In this document: positions 1 to 7,631 of the stretch, piece after piece
Layout of the letters: every line of letters begins with the position of its first letter
Position numbering within the stretch: the stretch's first letter is position 1
Source of the DNA: a virus
Taxonomy: Duplodnaviria; Caudoviricetes
Reading direction: 5' to 3' (one strand)
DNA length: 37,053 bases
IMG/VR virus record: IMGVR_UViG_3300044272_000001
Location: 1-37,053 of that record
Made by a program: the position numbers and the translations under genes
The notes under the pieces: generated by a model
What the model saw: the letters and a program-made list of their open reading frames with translations, nothing else
Database searches by the model: none
Told to the model about the DNA's origin: nothing

Positions 1-17
1 TGTAAAAACAATAGAAA

Positions 18-182
18 ACAATGCGTTAGCATTGTATATAGCTGCAAATCCGTAGGATTTTACACACATACAGTCATGGTATGACTACCCGTGCATGAGC
101 CATGGCGGGTCTATACGTATGCGTATACCCATAATGACAGAGGGGTGGTATTTTAGTTGGTAACTACTTCTAGGTTACCACC
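18..182. repeat. Chain of six near-abutting short inverted repeats
   Basis: ACAATGC-gtta-GCATTGT (18-35); AAATCC-gta-GGATTT (46-60); AGTCAT-ggt-ATGACT (72-86); ACCCG..CATG-agc-CATG..CGGGT (87-110); TATACG-tatg-CGTATA (112-127); TGGTAAC-9nt-GTTACCA (158-180). Confidence 0.85.
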
Positions 183-193
183 TATATAGAATA

Positions 194-491
194 ATATGTA
201 GTAATATCAGGGATTTAATACTTTTATTGGAAATATATTCTTTTATATGTAGTATTTACGCAAGGATATTCTTTTTATCGGCTAATAAAAGAAGATTCTT
301 CTCTTGACTTTGGGAGAATGTATATAGTTCAAAGACATATATGTAGTGTTTTCATGTTGATAACAACATATATTAATATTATTAATAATATTTCTTACAT
401 TAGGGCTTGACATATGATAGAATGGCGGTATAATTACTTATAGTATAATACTTAGAGGTATTAATACTTAATAGATAATAATACTTAATAG
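194..491. repeat. AT-rich region with short direct repeats
   Basis: ATATGTAGT at 194, 245, 339; TAATACTTA at 446, 462, 479. Confidence 0.6.
407..434 (+). promoter_or_regulatory. Sigma70-type promoter
   Basis: TTGACA (407-412), 16-nt spacer, TATAAT (429-434). Confidence 0.7.
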
Positions 492-560
492 TTATTATTA
501 TTAATAGTTATATTCTTTAAGGTATATGTAAATTTTTTTCTGTCGTAGGTAATAAAATCC

Positions 561-588
561 TTGACATCGAATTTTCAAAACGTATAAC
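561..588 (+). promoter_or_regulatory. Sigma70-type promoter for the lysis cassette
   Basis: TTGACA (561-566), 16 nt, TATAAC (583-588) followed by TAAGG; same architecture as 15506-15538. Confidence 0.65.
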
Positions 589-602
589 TAAGGATAATTA
601 TT

Positions 603-848
603 TTGCCCAAGATGTATTCTCACGACAATGTAATCGAAGAGTTCTATAAAGCTCTTGCAGATGAAGACGAGGGCAGACTTAGAAGAGTTCATATCCCAAG
701 GTCAGATGTATTTTATGTACGAAAGAAGATACACGAAGACACTGGGATAAAATATTCTTTAGATCATGTAGAACGTGCAATGTACCTAGAGGGTATGTTG
801 GAACGAAAAGACGTATTTGAACCAAGAAGAAAAAGAGATTGGGAATAA
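603..848 (+). CDS. Small phage hypothetical protein (start may be ATG 612)
   Basis: ORF directly after the promoter and an AAGGA; stop overlaps the next start (TAATG). Confidence 0.7.
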   Translation: MPKMYSHDNVIEEFYKALADEDEGRLRRVHIPRSDVFYVRKKIHEDTGIKYSLDHVERAMYLEGMLERKDVFEPRRKRDWE

Positions 849-1150
849 TGGTAGAAGAGTATGACCTAGATAAGAACGGTAAGCTAGATGCCGAAGAGCG
901 TGAGATTTACCTAGAAGACAGACGTAGAAAAATGGAAGATGAAGATGCCAAGCGTGATGCTCAACGCAACATGACTTGGTTTGCTTTATCTGGAATGGTA
1001 CTATACCCTATGGGTATCTTTCTTTGTACGTTACTTAACATGGATACAGCAGCAATGTTGATAGCAGACATAGCTAATATTTATGTCGTATCAGTATCAG
1101 CACTTGTTGGCGCATACTTTGGCTTTACTGCAATGGGAAATAAAAAATGA
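848..1150 (+). CDS. Two-TM membrane protein with N-terminal EF-hand loop (holin/antiholin-like)
   Basis: DLDKNGKLDAEE fits the 12-residue EF-hand loop; two hydrophobic helices; first gene of the holin-endolysin cluster; ATG 848 preferred over 839 because of the TAATG coupling. Confidence 0.7.
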   Translation: MVEEYDLDKNGKLDAEEREIYLEDRRRKMEDEDAKRDAQRNMTWFALSGMVLYPMGIFLCTLLNMDTAAMLIADIANIYVVSVSALVGAYFGFTAMGNKK

Positions 1151-1533
1151 TAGGACAATTACTAGGACCAGTATCACAATTAGCAGGTACGTGGTTAAAT
1201 GGTAAGGTAGAAGAGAAGGCTGCACAGAATAAAGTGAAGGTAGCCAAGGCAGAAGCGGAAGCTCAGATAATGCTTTCAGCCGCTACGTCAGAAGCGGAGT
1301 GGGAAAAGATAATGGCCCAGGGTACTCAGAACTCGTGGAAAGACGAGTACCTGGTTTTACTTTTTTCAATCCCATTAATTTTGGCATTTTTACCTTTTGA
1401 ATGGGCTAACGCAGCAGTAGCTAATGGCTTCGCTGCATTGGAGTCCATGCCCCAGTGGTATAGCTATACCTTGGGTGTAATCGTGGCAAGTAGCTTCGCT
1501 GTAAGATCAGCCACTAAATTTTTCGGGAAATAA
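1147..1533 (+). CDS. Holin, 3-TM GTA-holin-like family
   Basis: SWKDE motif before a TM helix, P-x-W-Y before the last TM, basic C-terminus; directly upstream of the endolysin. Confidence 0.7.
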   Translation: MIGQLLGPVSQLAGTWLNGKVEEKAAQNKVKVAKAEAEAQIMLSAATSEAEWEKIMAQGTQNSWKDEYLVLLFSIPLILAFLPFEWANAAVANGFAALESMPQWYSYTLGVIVASSFAVRSATKFFGK

Positions 1534-1535
1534 AC

Positions 1536-2006
1536 ATGGCATTTAGATTATCAAATAGATCACTAGACAAACTAGAGGGTGTCCACCCTGATATGGTGGA
1601 GACAGTAAAAAAAGCTATAGAACTGACGAAAGTAGATTTCGGAGTTACGTATGGTGTAAGAGATTTAGCAGAGCAGGAACGTTTGTTTAAATCTGGCAGA
1701 TCCCAGACTATGAATAGTAAACACCTGATACAAGACTCAGGATATTCACATGCAGTAGACGTAGTAGCTTATGATGGATCTAATGTCGTATGGGAATTAA
1801 ATGTATACGATGATATTGCTGATGCAATGAAAGCAGCAGCGAAAGAAGTTGGTTGCGCTATCAAATGGGGTGCAGCTTGGTCAGTGGGTAATATCGTAGA
1901 CTATGGTGGTACAATGGAAGAAGCAATGAATGAATACATTGACCTTCGTAGATCACAAGGCCGTAGGCCATTTATTGATGGACCTCACTTTGAATTGATG
2001 GTATAA
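1536..2006 (+). CDS. Endolysin, peptidase M15 family (L-Ala-D-Glu endopeptidase-like)
   Basis: LEGVHPD, GVR..EQ, SKH...HAVD and DGPHFEL zinc-peptidase motifs. Confidence 0.9.
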   Translation: MAFRLSNRSLDKLEGVHPDMVETVKKAIELTKVDFGVTYGVRDLAEQERLFKSGRSQTMNSKHLIQDSGYSHAVDVVAYDGSNVVWELNVYDDIADAMKAAAKEVGCAIKWGAAWSVGNIVDYGGTMEEAMNEYIDLRRSQGRRPFIDGPHFELMV

Positions 2007-2008
2007 TA

Positions 2009-2302
2009 ATGTCTATACCTGAACGTGTAAAAACCAAAATGAAAGAAGAGGGTTTGAAAGGTGTAAACAAGCCTAAAAGAACTCCTAGTCATCCTACAAA
2101 GTCACATTGTGTAATGGCAAAAGAAGGTGACACATATAAGTTTATTCGTTTTGGTCAGCAAGGTGTAAAGGGTGCAGGTAAAAACCCTAAGTCTAAAAAA
2201 GATAAAGCACGTAAGAAAAGTTATTATGCTAGACATAATGCTCAAGACTCTAAGCCTAGTAAACTAAGTGCTAGGTATTGGTCACATAAGGTTAAGTGGT
2301 AA
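2009..2302 (+). CDS. Small basic phage protein (DUF6321/DUF5754-like)
   Basis: IRFGQQG...ARKKSYYARH...SARYWS..VKW pattern; family label from memory. Confidence 0.65.
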   Translation: MSIPERVKTKMKEEGLKGVNKPKRTPSHPTKSHCVMAKEGDTYKFIRFGQQGVKGAGKNPKSKKDKARKKSYYARHNAQDSKPSKLSARYWSHKVKW

Positions 2303-2490
2303 TGTGGTTAGCTGTAGTACTAGCGTGTAGTACACCGTATGCTCAGTCATGCATTGTGTTTGCGAAACAAGATGATTTGTTTCCAACAGAAAAAGCATGT
2401 AAAGAAGAAGTAGATATGGGTGTAGATATAATGGAAGCACAAGGTTTCTTTGCTAGACCTGCTTGTTTTAAGATAGGAACAAGTCTATAA
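2302..2490 (+). CDS. Small four-Cys protein with hydrophobic N-terminus (possibly exported)
   Basis: ATG 2302 overlaps the upstream TAA; MWLAVVLAC...C...C...C. Confidence 0.6.
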   Translation: MWLAVVLACSTPYAQSCIVFAKQDDLFPTEKACKEEVDMGVDIMEAQGFFARPACFKIGTSL

Positions 2491-3177
2491 ATGCCTTACT
2501 TAACAAGTAGTATTCCTCACTTTAAAGCGTGGGTACGGAGAGAATATACAAAAAACTTAGAGGAATATCATGGAGAGTTCCTACATTGCATGGTCATTGG
2601 TGTCACTACTATGCCAAACAGGACTCTTAGCTTTCAAGTTATTTTTACAGGTTGTGAGTCTGATGATAGTGATAGCCCCAATATACATGGTGGTGCGATG
2701 TGGGCTAGATTACCTCTTGTAGCACTTGTAGCAGATACACCGTTAGACGAATGGCCTCAACAATTACCACCATACTTGGCGCAGCCTTGGGATTGTATGT
2801 CGCATTATCATGCAGTTTACAAACTGGAGAGAGCGACCCCAGCACCTTGGATAGCGAAAGTAGATGGGGAGTTTTATCCAGCTAAATATTATTTTACAGT
2901 AGACTACACAGATAGTGAAGTTGCTGATGATCCAGCCCAACACAAACAATCTCATGTATTAGAGTTGTTAGATGCTGGACAATACACTGGTAACATAGTT
3001 GCGTTGCCCAATAACAGAGTGAGAGTAACTCACCCAGCGTGGTTTGAAACTGGAGAAGGTGCTCCAGACTTTAAACCTAATCAACATATGTTTAACTCGA
3101 AAGAAAACGTAGACTATGTATGGGATACGCAACGAGTGTTTAACAATTTATACAGTGAGGATAAGGAATATCAATGA
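2491..3177 (+). CDS. Conserved phage hypothetical protein
   Basis: 228 aa with HGGAMWARLP, QPWDC, FTVDY, HKQSH and ALPNNR motifs; no function assignable. Confidence 0.8.
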   Translation: MPYLTSSIPHFKAWVRREYTKNLEEYHGEFLHCMVIGVTTMPNRTLSFQVIFTGCESDDSDSPNIHGGAMWARLPLVALVADTPLDEWPQQLPPYLAQPWDCMSHYHAVYKLERATPAPWIAKVDGEFYPAKYYFTVDYTDSEVADDPAQHKQSHVLELLDAGQYTGNIVALPNNRVRVTHPAWFETGEGAPDFKPNQHMFNSKENVDYVWDTQRVFNNLYSEDKEYQ

Positions 3178-3479
3178 TGAAGAAAAAAGGTTATGCTAAA
3201 GGTGGCATGAAGAAAAAAGGTTACGCAATGGGTGGCCTTAAATCAGTACCTACAGGTAATACAGGTTTAAGCAAATTACCTGAAGGGGTGCGTAACAAAA
3301 TGGGTTATATGAACAAAGGTGGTATGACTAAGAAAAAAGGTTATGCTAAAGGTGGTATGAAAAAGAAAGCATACGCCAAAGGTGGCAGAGTAGCTATGTA
3401 TAATGTAGGTGGTATGGTTAAATCTTCTGGCACAATGAATACTGGTATTAGAACTGCCAAAGACACTTACAATAAGTAA
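3174..3479 (+). CDS. Basic low-complexity protein with six [YM]-x-x-GG repeats
   Basis: YAKGG x3, YAMGG, MNKGG, YNVGG; roughly 30-nt DNA repeat unit at 3180, 3210, 3330, 3360; SD AAGGA upstream. Confidence 0.85.
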   Translation: MMKKKGYAKGGMKKKGYAMGGLKSVPTGNTGLSKLPEGVRNKMGYMNKGGMTKKKGYAKGGMKKKAYAKGGRVAMYNVGGMVKSSGTMNTGIRTAKDTYNK

Positions 3480-3490
3480 AGGATAAAACA

Positions 3491-3970
3491 ATGGCTATGT
3501 CACTTCGTTCATATATGAACGCTCAACTAAAAGCAATGGGTAAAACAGTTAAACAAGCTCAAAAAAATGCTCATAAATATAAAAGTATTGCAGCAGCTAA
3601 AAAAGCTGGATCACTTTATTACACAGATAAAAATGGTAAAATAATGGCTGCAGTATATGCAGAAGATCTTAAAAAGTCTGCTCCTAAACCAAAACCTAAA
3701 CCAAAACCAAGACCAAAGGTTACTTCTAGACCTCTTAACAATGTTAAAGGTGGTCGTGGTGATGGTACTACGGAAAGAAATACAAGACTACTTGATCCAA
3801 AGTCACCACAAAATAAACCTAATATAGGTATGAGTACAAAAGAACTTAGAGCAAGGCAAAGAAAATTACGAACAAAAGTAGCTAATGCTAGAGCTAAAGG
3901 TAAAGATGATAAAGCTGCATCAAGAGAAATAGCTCAAATTGACAAGATGATTAAACAAAGGACAAGATAA
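3491..3970 (+). CDS. Lys/Arg-rich hypothetical protein
   Basis: SD AAAGGA; PKPKPKPKPRPK tract; very basic composition. Confidence 0.75.
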   Translation: MAMSLRSYMNAQLKAMGKTVKQAQKNAHKYKSIAAAKKAGSLYYTDKNGKIMAAVYAEDLKKSAPKPKPKPKPRPKVTSRPLNNVKGGRGDGTTERNTRLLDPKSPQNKPNIGMSTKELRARQRKLRTKVANARAKGKDDKAASREIAQIDKMIKQRTR

Positions 3971-4321
3971 ATGAAAAAATTACTACTAGCATCTGCAGTT
4001 GCAGTTGCAGCCACATCAGCATCAGCAATGGACTTAGGTTATGGTTTATCTGTCGGTGCTGAAACAGAACTTACTTACACTACAGGAACAGAAGTCTGGA
4101 CAATGGATGTAACACCATCTGTTGGTTTAGGTGCATTAGGGGCTTCTTTTACTGCTGAAACAACTATAGATGTATTAGACCTAAATAATGGTGATATCTT
4201 TACTGGTGTAGATTGGAAAGCTGAGTATGTGTGGAAAGGCATGACAACATACACTAAAGTATCATCAGATGCAGACTTTGAGTTTGGTGATATCACAATG
4301 GGTGCAAAGATAAGTTTCTAA
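3971..4321 (+). CDS. Putative small outer-membrane beta-barrel protein
   Basis: Sec signal MKKLLLASAVAVAATSASA, amphipathic alternating strands, C-terminal beta-signal-like MGAKISF. Confidence 0.7.
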   Translation: MKKLLLASAVAVAATSASAMDLGYGLSVGAETELTYTTGTEVWTMDVTPSVGLGALGASFTAETTIDVLDLNNGDIFTGVDWKAEYVWKGMTTYTKVSSDADFEFGDITMGAKISF

Positions 4322-4690
4322 ATGGCTATACTTTCTTCAGCTAAATATTTTTCAAAAGCTAAAGACTTATCTGCTACATCAGGTGGGGCAAGTGGTGACG
4401 TAATATACACTTGCCCTAATAATTTTATTTCACTGGTAAAATTTTTGCATGTATCAAATGGTGCAACAGGTGCTAAAAAATATAGCTTACAGTGGTATGA
4501 AGCAGCTACAACTACTTATCATAGTATTGTAGATGAAGTAAGTTTGGCAGCAAGTACAAATGAAAAAGTAATAGAAGCTGGTTCGTTTCTTGCTTTAGCT
4601 GAAGGTGATAAAATAATTGGTTTTGAAGAAAGCAGTTCTGATTTTCAGATAATAGTATCTGGAGAAGAATACTATCAACCTACTGCATAA
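4322..4690 (+). CDS. Phage hypothetical protein, predicted beta-sandwich (possibly structural)
   Basis: IYTCP...LHVSN...L-x-x-GDKI pattern common in small marine phage proteins. Confidence 0.65.
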   Translation: MAILSSAKYFSKAKDLSATSGGASGDVIYTCPNNFISLVKFLHVSNGATGAKKYSLQWYEAATTTYHSIVDEVSLAASTNEKVIEAGSFLALAEGDKIIGFEESSSDFQIIVSGEEYYQPTA

Positions 4691-4695
4691 CGGCA

Positions 4696-4724
4696 TTGCA
4701 ATATTGTCTGTAGTATGTTATAAA
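4696..4724 (+). promoter_or_regulatory. Internal sigma70-type promoter with extended -10
   Basis: TTGCAA (4696-4701), 17 nt ending TGT, TATAAA (4719-4724), in the only sizeable intergenic gap of the cluster. Confidence 0.6.
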
Positions 4725-4735
4725 TAAATATGTAA

Positions 4736-4776
4736 AACTACTCCTGCCTAACAAAGGTAATACAAAGGAGATAGTT
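4736..4776 (+). promoter_or_regulatory. 5' leader hairpin sequestering the Shine-Dalgarno
   Basis: AACTA-CTCCT (4736-4745) pairs with AGGAG-A-TAGTT (4766-4776); inner stem GCCT/AGGT. Confidence 0.6.
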
Positions 4777-4950
4777 ATGAGTATTAAACAATTTTTTAAA
4801 AACGCTTGGAAAAAGCATGAGATCGCCCAACAAAGACGTGCAGACTTTAGAATACTGCAAATGATGAGTGATAAAGATCTAAACGATATAGGTATAGGAA
4901 GAGGCGATATAAGGAGAGTTATATATGCCGAAGAAGAAAAGCACAGTTAA
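4777..4950 (+). CDS. DUF1127 (YjiS-like) small protein, 57 aa (not in ORF track)
   Basis: Hand translation MSIKQFFKNAWKKHEIAQQRRADFRILQMMSDKDLNDIGIGRGDIRRVIYAEEEKHS; L-x-x-M-S-D-x-x-L-x-D-I-G-I-x-R-x-D-I signature; AGGAG SD. Confidence 0.85.
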   Translation: MSIKQFFKNAWKKHEIAQQRRADFRILQMMSDKDLNDIGIGRGDIRRVIYAEEEKHS

Positions 4951-5104
4951 CGCAGCAGGAAACTATACAAAACCTACTATGCGTAAAAACCTAGTAGCTA
5001 GAGTAAAAGCTGGTAGTAAAGGTGGAAAACCTGGACAATGGTCAGCAAGAAAAGCTCAAATGGTTGCAAAGCAATATAAAGCAAAAGGTGGAGGATACAA
5101 ATGA
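4925..5104 (+). CDS. Basic 59-aa protein, N-terminal half of a DUF5872-like protein (not in ORF track)
   Basis: MPKKKSTVNAAGNYTKPTMRKNLVARVKAGSKGGKPGQWSARKAQMVAKQYKAKGGGYK; SD AAGGAG at 4911-4916. Confidence 0.85.
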   Translation: MPKKKSTVNAAGNYTKPTMRKNLVARVKAGSKGGKPGQWSARKAQMVAKQYKAKGGGYK

Positions 5105-5175
5105 GAAGATACTTAAAAAGACTTTGGTGTGCTTTACTAAACCGTAAATGTAATCCAGAGTGTGATTGTTGCTAG
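5101..5175 (+). CDS. 24-aa Cys-rich micropeptide (not in ORF track)
   Basis: MRRYLKRLWCALLNRKCNPECDCC; ATGA overlap with the upstream stop, GGAGG SD, TAG abuts the next ATG. Confidence 0.65.
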   Translation: MRRYLKRLWCALLNRKCNPECDCC

Positions 5176-5460
5176 ATGGCATTATCTAAATCACAAAAAA
5201 GTTTAAAGTCTTGGACAAAACAAAAATGGAGAACCAAAAGTGGTAAACCATCTACGCAAGGCTCTAAAGCTACTGGTGAACGTTACCTACCTACTGCGGC
5301 TATTAAGTCTCTTAGTGCTAGTGAGTACGCAGCCACTTCCAGAGCAAAACGAAAAGGCACTAAGGCAGGTAAGCAGCATGTGGCTCAACCTAAGAAAATT
5401 GCAAAAAAAACCAAAACCTTTAGAGCCGCAAAAGGTGGAACTGTAAGGAAAAGAAAATGA
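5176..5460 (+). CDS. Basic protein, C-terminal half of a DUF5872-like protein
   Basis: QKSLKSWTKQKWRTKSG...GERYLP...LS..EY...GKQHV; ends AAKGGTVRKRK. Confidence 0.75.
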   Translation: MALSKSQKSLKSWTKQKWRTKSGKPSTQGSKATGERYLPTAAIKSLSASEYAATSRAKRKGTKAGKQHVAQPKKIAKKTKTFRAAKGGTVRKRK

Positions 5461-5816
5461 ATCGTAACCTCACAGAAAAACAAGAAACATTTTTAAATGT
5501 TTTGTTTGAAGATGCAAATGGTGATTTTGCTACAGCTAAAAGAATGGCTGGCTATTCTGATAATGTAGCAACTTCATCTGTTGTTAATGCATTACAGGAA
5601 GAGATAGCAGAAAGAACTAAAAAGTTTATTGCTTCTACTGCAACTAAAGCTGCTTTTTCTATGAGACAAATTATGGAAAGCCCTACTGATTTAGGTAATA
5701 AAGAAAAAATGGCAGCAGCAAAAGATATTTTAGATCGGGGTGGATTTAAAGCTACTGATAAAGTAGAAGTAGCTACCACAAGTCCACTTTTTATTTTACC
5801 GCCAAAAGATGAATAA
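5457..5816 (+). CDS. terS: Terminase small subunit
   Basis: LTEKQ..F...A.RMAGYS HTH, AAKDILDRGG and C-terminal FILPPK; upstream of the large subunit. Confidence 0.75.
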   Translation: MNRNLTEKQETFLNVLFEDANGDFATAKRMAGYSDNVATSSVVNALQEEIAERTKKFIASTATKAAFSMRQIMESPTDLGNKEKMAAAKDILDRGGFKATDKVEVATTSPLFILPPKDE

Positions 5817-6222
5817 AATAACTAAAACATGGAAACTTCCAGCCCCAGAAAAAGGGGAAGAGTTTGAATGGAGGTCTGTTGTAAGAGTCGGCAGACATGT
5901 TCCATTTGGGTATGAGCAAGATCCTAATGATCCTGATATATTACTTCCTATATCAAATGAATTAAATTTGTTAGAAGAAGCAAAAAAGTATCTAAAACAA
6001 TATAGCTACAGAGATGTATCTGCTTGGTTAAGTGAACAATCAGGTAGATATATATCACATGTAGGATTAATGAAAAGAGTTACCATTGAGCGAAAACGTC
6101 AGAGAGAAGCTGCAAACCAACGCCACCTTGCTGAAAAATACAAAAAAGCCCTCGAAAAAGCGAAGAAGCTTGAAGCAGAAAGACTCGGTGGAAAAGAACT
6201 TAGAACAGCCTCTGGTGTATGA
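5809..6222 (+). CDS. DNA-binding protein resembling the recombinase domain of serine recombinases
   Basis: VPFGY followed by an HTH-like SYRDVSAWL...ISHVGL; no catalytic resolvase domain. Confidence 0.6.
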   Translation: MNKITKTWKLPAPEKGEEFEWRSVVRVGRHVPFGYEQDPNDPDILLPISNELNLLEEAKKYLKQYSYRDVSAWLSEQSGRYISHVGLMKRVTIERKRQREAANQRHLAEKYKKALEKAKKLEAERLGGKELRTASGV

Positions 6223-7630
6223 GGTAGAAGAATCTGCACCTCAAGAGATTGTTTTTAAACCTAACCCAGGCCCACAGACAGAGTTTTTGTCGTCAACAGA
6301 ACAAGAAGTTTTATATGGTGGATCTGCAGGTGGTGGTAAAAGCTATAGTTTAGTTGTAGATCCTGTAAGATATTTTAATAACCCACATGCAAGAATGTTG
6401 TTGGTTAGGAGAAGTACAGAGGAACTAAGAGAACTTGTTTCTATTTCTAAGGAACTATATCCTAAAGCAGTTCCAGGTATTAAGTTTATGGAAAGGGATA
6501 AGACTTGGGTAGCACCATCTGGTGCAACACTATGGATGTCTTATTTAGATAGAGATGACGATGTTATGCGATATCAGGGTCAAGCCTTTAACTGGATTGG
6601 TTTTGATGAACTTACACAATGGCCTAGCCCTTATCCTTGGAATTATATGAGATCAAGACTACGTGCTACAAAAGCAAGTGGTCTTCCTTTATATATGAGA
6701 GCTACTAGTAACCCTGGGGGTCCAGGCCACCAGTGGGTAAAGAAAACATTTATAGACCCAGAAGTACCAAAGAAGAGTTTTTGGGCACAAGACTATGAAA
6801 CAGGTGAAACAATCGTATGGCCTAAAGGTCATACTAAAGAAGGTGAACCACTCTTTAAACGAAGGTTTATACCTGCCACTTTGTTTGATAACCCATACCT
6901 AGCGGAAGATGGAATGTACGAAGCTAACTTGCTTTCGTTACCAGAACATCAAAGAAAACAACTACTAGAAGGTAACTGGGATGTAAACGAAGGTGCTGCA
7001 TTTCCAGAGTTTAATCGTAAGATACATGTAATAAATCCTTACGATATACCAAATAACTGGGTAAAGTTTAGAGCATGTGATTATGGTTATGGTTCTCATA
7101 CAGGTGTTCTATGGTTTGCTGTAACTCCAGATGAACAACTTGTCGTATATAGAGAAATGTACGTATCTAAAGTTACTGCTACAGATCTAGCAGATTTAGT
7201 TCTGGCAGCAGAAGAAGGTGATAAAATAAGATACGGGGTACTTGACTCTTCTTTATGGCATAAACGTGGTGATACTGGACCTAGCCTAGCAGAACAAATG
7301 ATTATTAAAGGTTGCCGTTGGAGGCCATCTGACAGATCAAAAGGTTCTCGTGTAGCAGGTAAAAACGAATTACATAGAAGATTGCAAGTAGATGATTTTA
7401 CAGAAGAACCAAGATTAGTTATATTTAATAATTGTAAAAATTTAATTTCACAATTACCTGCACTACCATTAGATAAAACTAATCCAGAAGATGTAAATAC
7501 AAATGCTGAAGATCACCTTTACGATGCTTTGAGATATGGTATAATGACTAGACCACGTAGTAATCTTTTTGATTTTGCACCTACAGAAGGTTCTGGATTT
7601 CAAATAAGCGATACTACTTTTGGGTATTAA
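6086..7630 (+). CDS. terL: Terminase large subunit (start uncertain, TTG)
   Basis: Walker A GGSAGGGKS, Walker B IGFDELTQW, ATSNPGG coupling motif, RNase H-like CDYGY...EDHLYDALRY. Confidence 0.95.
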   Translation: MSENVREKLQTNATLLKNTKKPSKKRRSLKQKDSVEKNLEQPLVYEVEESAPQEIVFKPNPGPQTEFLSSTEQEVLYGGSAGGGKSYSLVVDPVRYFNNPHARMLLVRRSTEELRELVSISKELYPKAVPGIKFMERDKTWVAPSGATLWMSYLDRDDDVMRYQGQAFNWIGFDELTQWPSPYPWNYMRSRLRATKASGLPLYMRATSNPGGPGHQWVKKTFIDPEVPKKSFWAQDYETGETIVWPKGHTKEGEPLFKRRFIPATLFDNPYLAEDGMYEANLLSLPEHQRKQLLEGNWDVNEGAAFPEFNRKIHVINPYDIPNNWVKFRACDYGYGSHTGVLWFAVTPDEQLVVYREMYVSKVTATDLADLVLAAEEGDKIRYGVLDSSLWHKRGDTGPSLAEQMIIKGCRWRPSDRSKGSRVAGKNELHRRLQVDDFTEEPRLVIFNNCKNLISQLPALPLDKTNPEDVNTNAEDHLYDALRYGIMTRPRSNLFDFAPTEGSGFQISDTTFGY

Positions 7631-7631
7631 G

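Noticed and set aside
304-328. TTGACT...TATAGT promoter
   Set aside because: Spacer is only 13 nt
2302-2490. o-spanin lipoprotein (VLAC lipobox)
   Set aside because: Signal is too short, has no basic n-region and a non-canonical lipobox; no nested i-spanin
4950-5175. Cuckoo (CCUCCUCCC) sRNAs that often follow DUF1127 genes
   Set aside because: The downstream sequence is coding and lacks the motif
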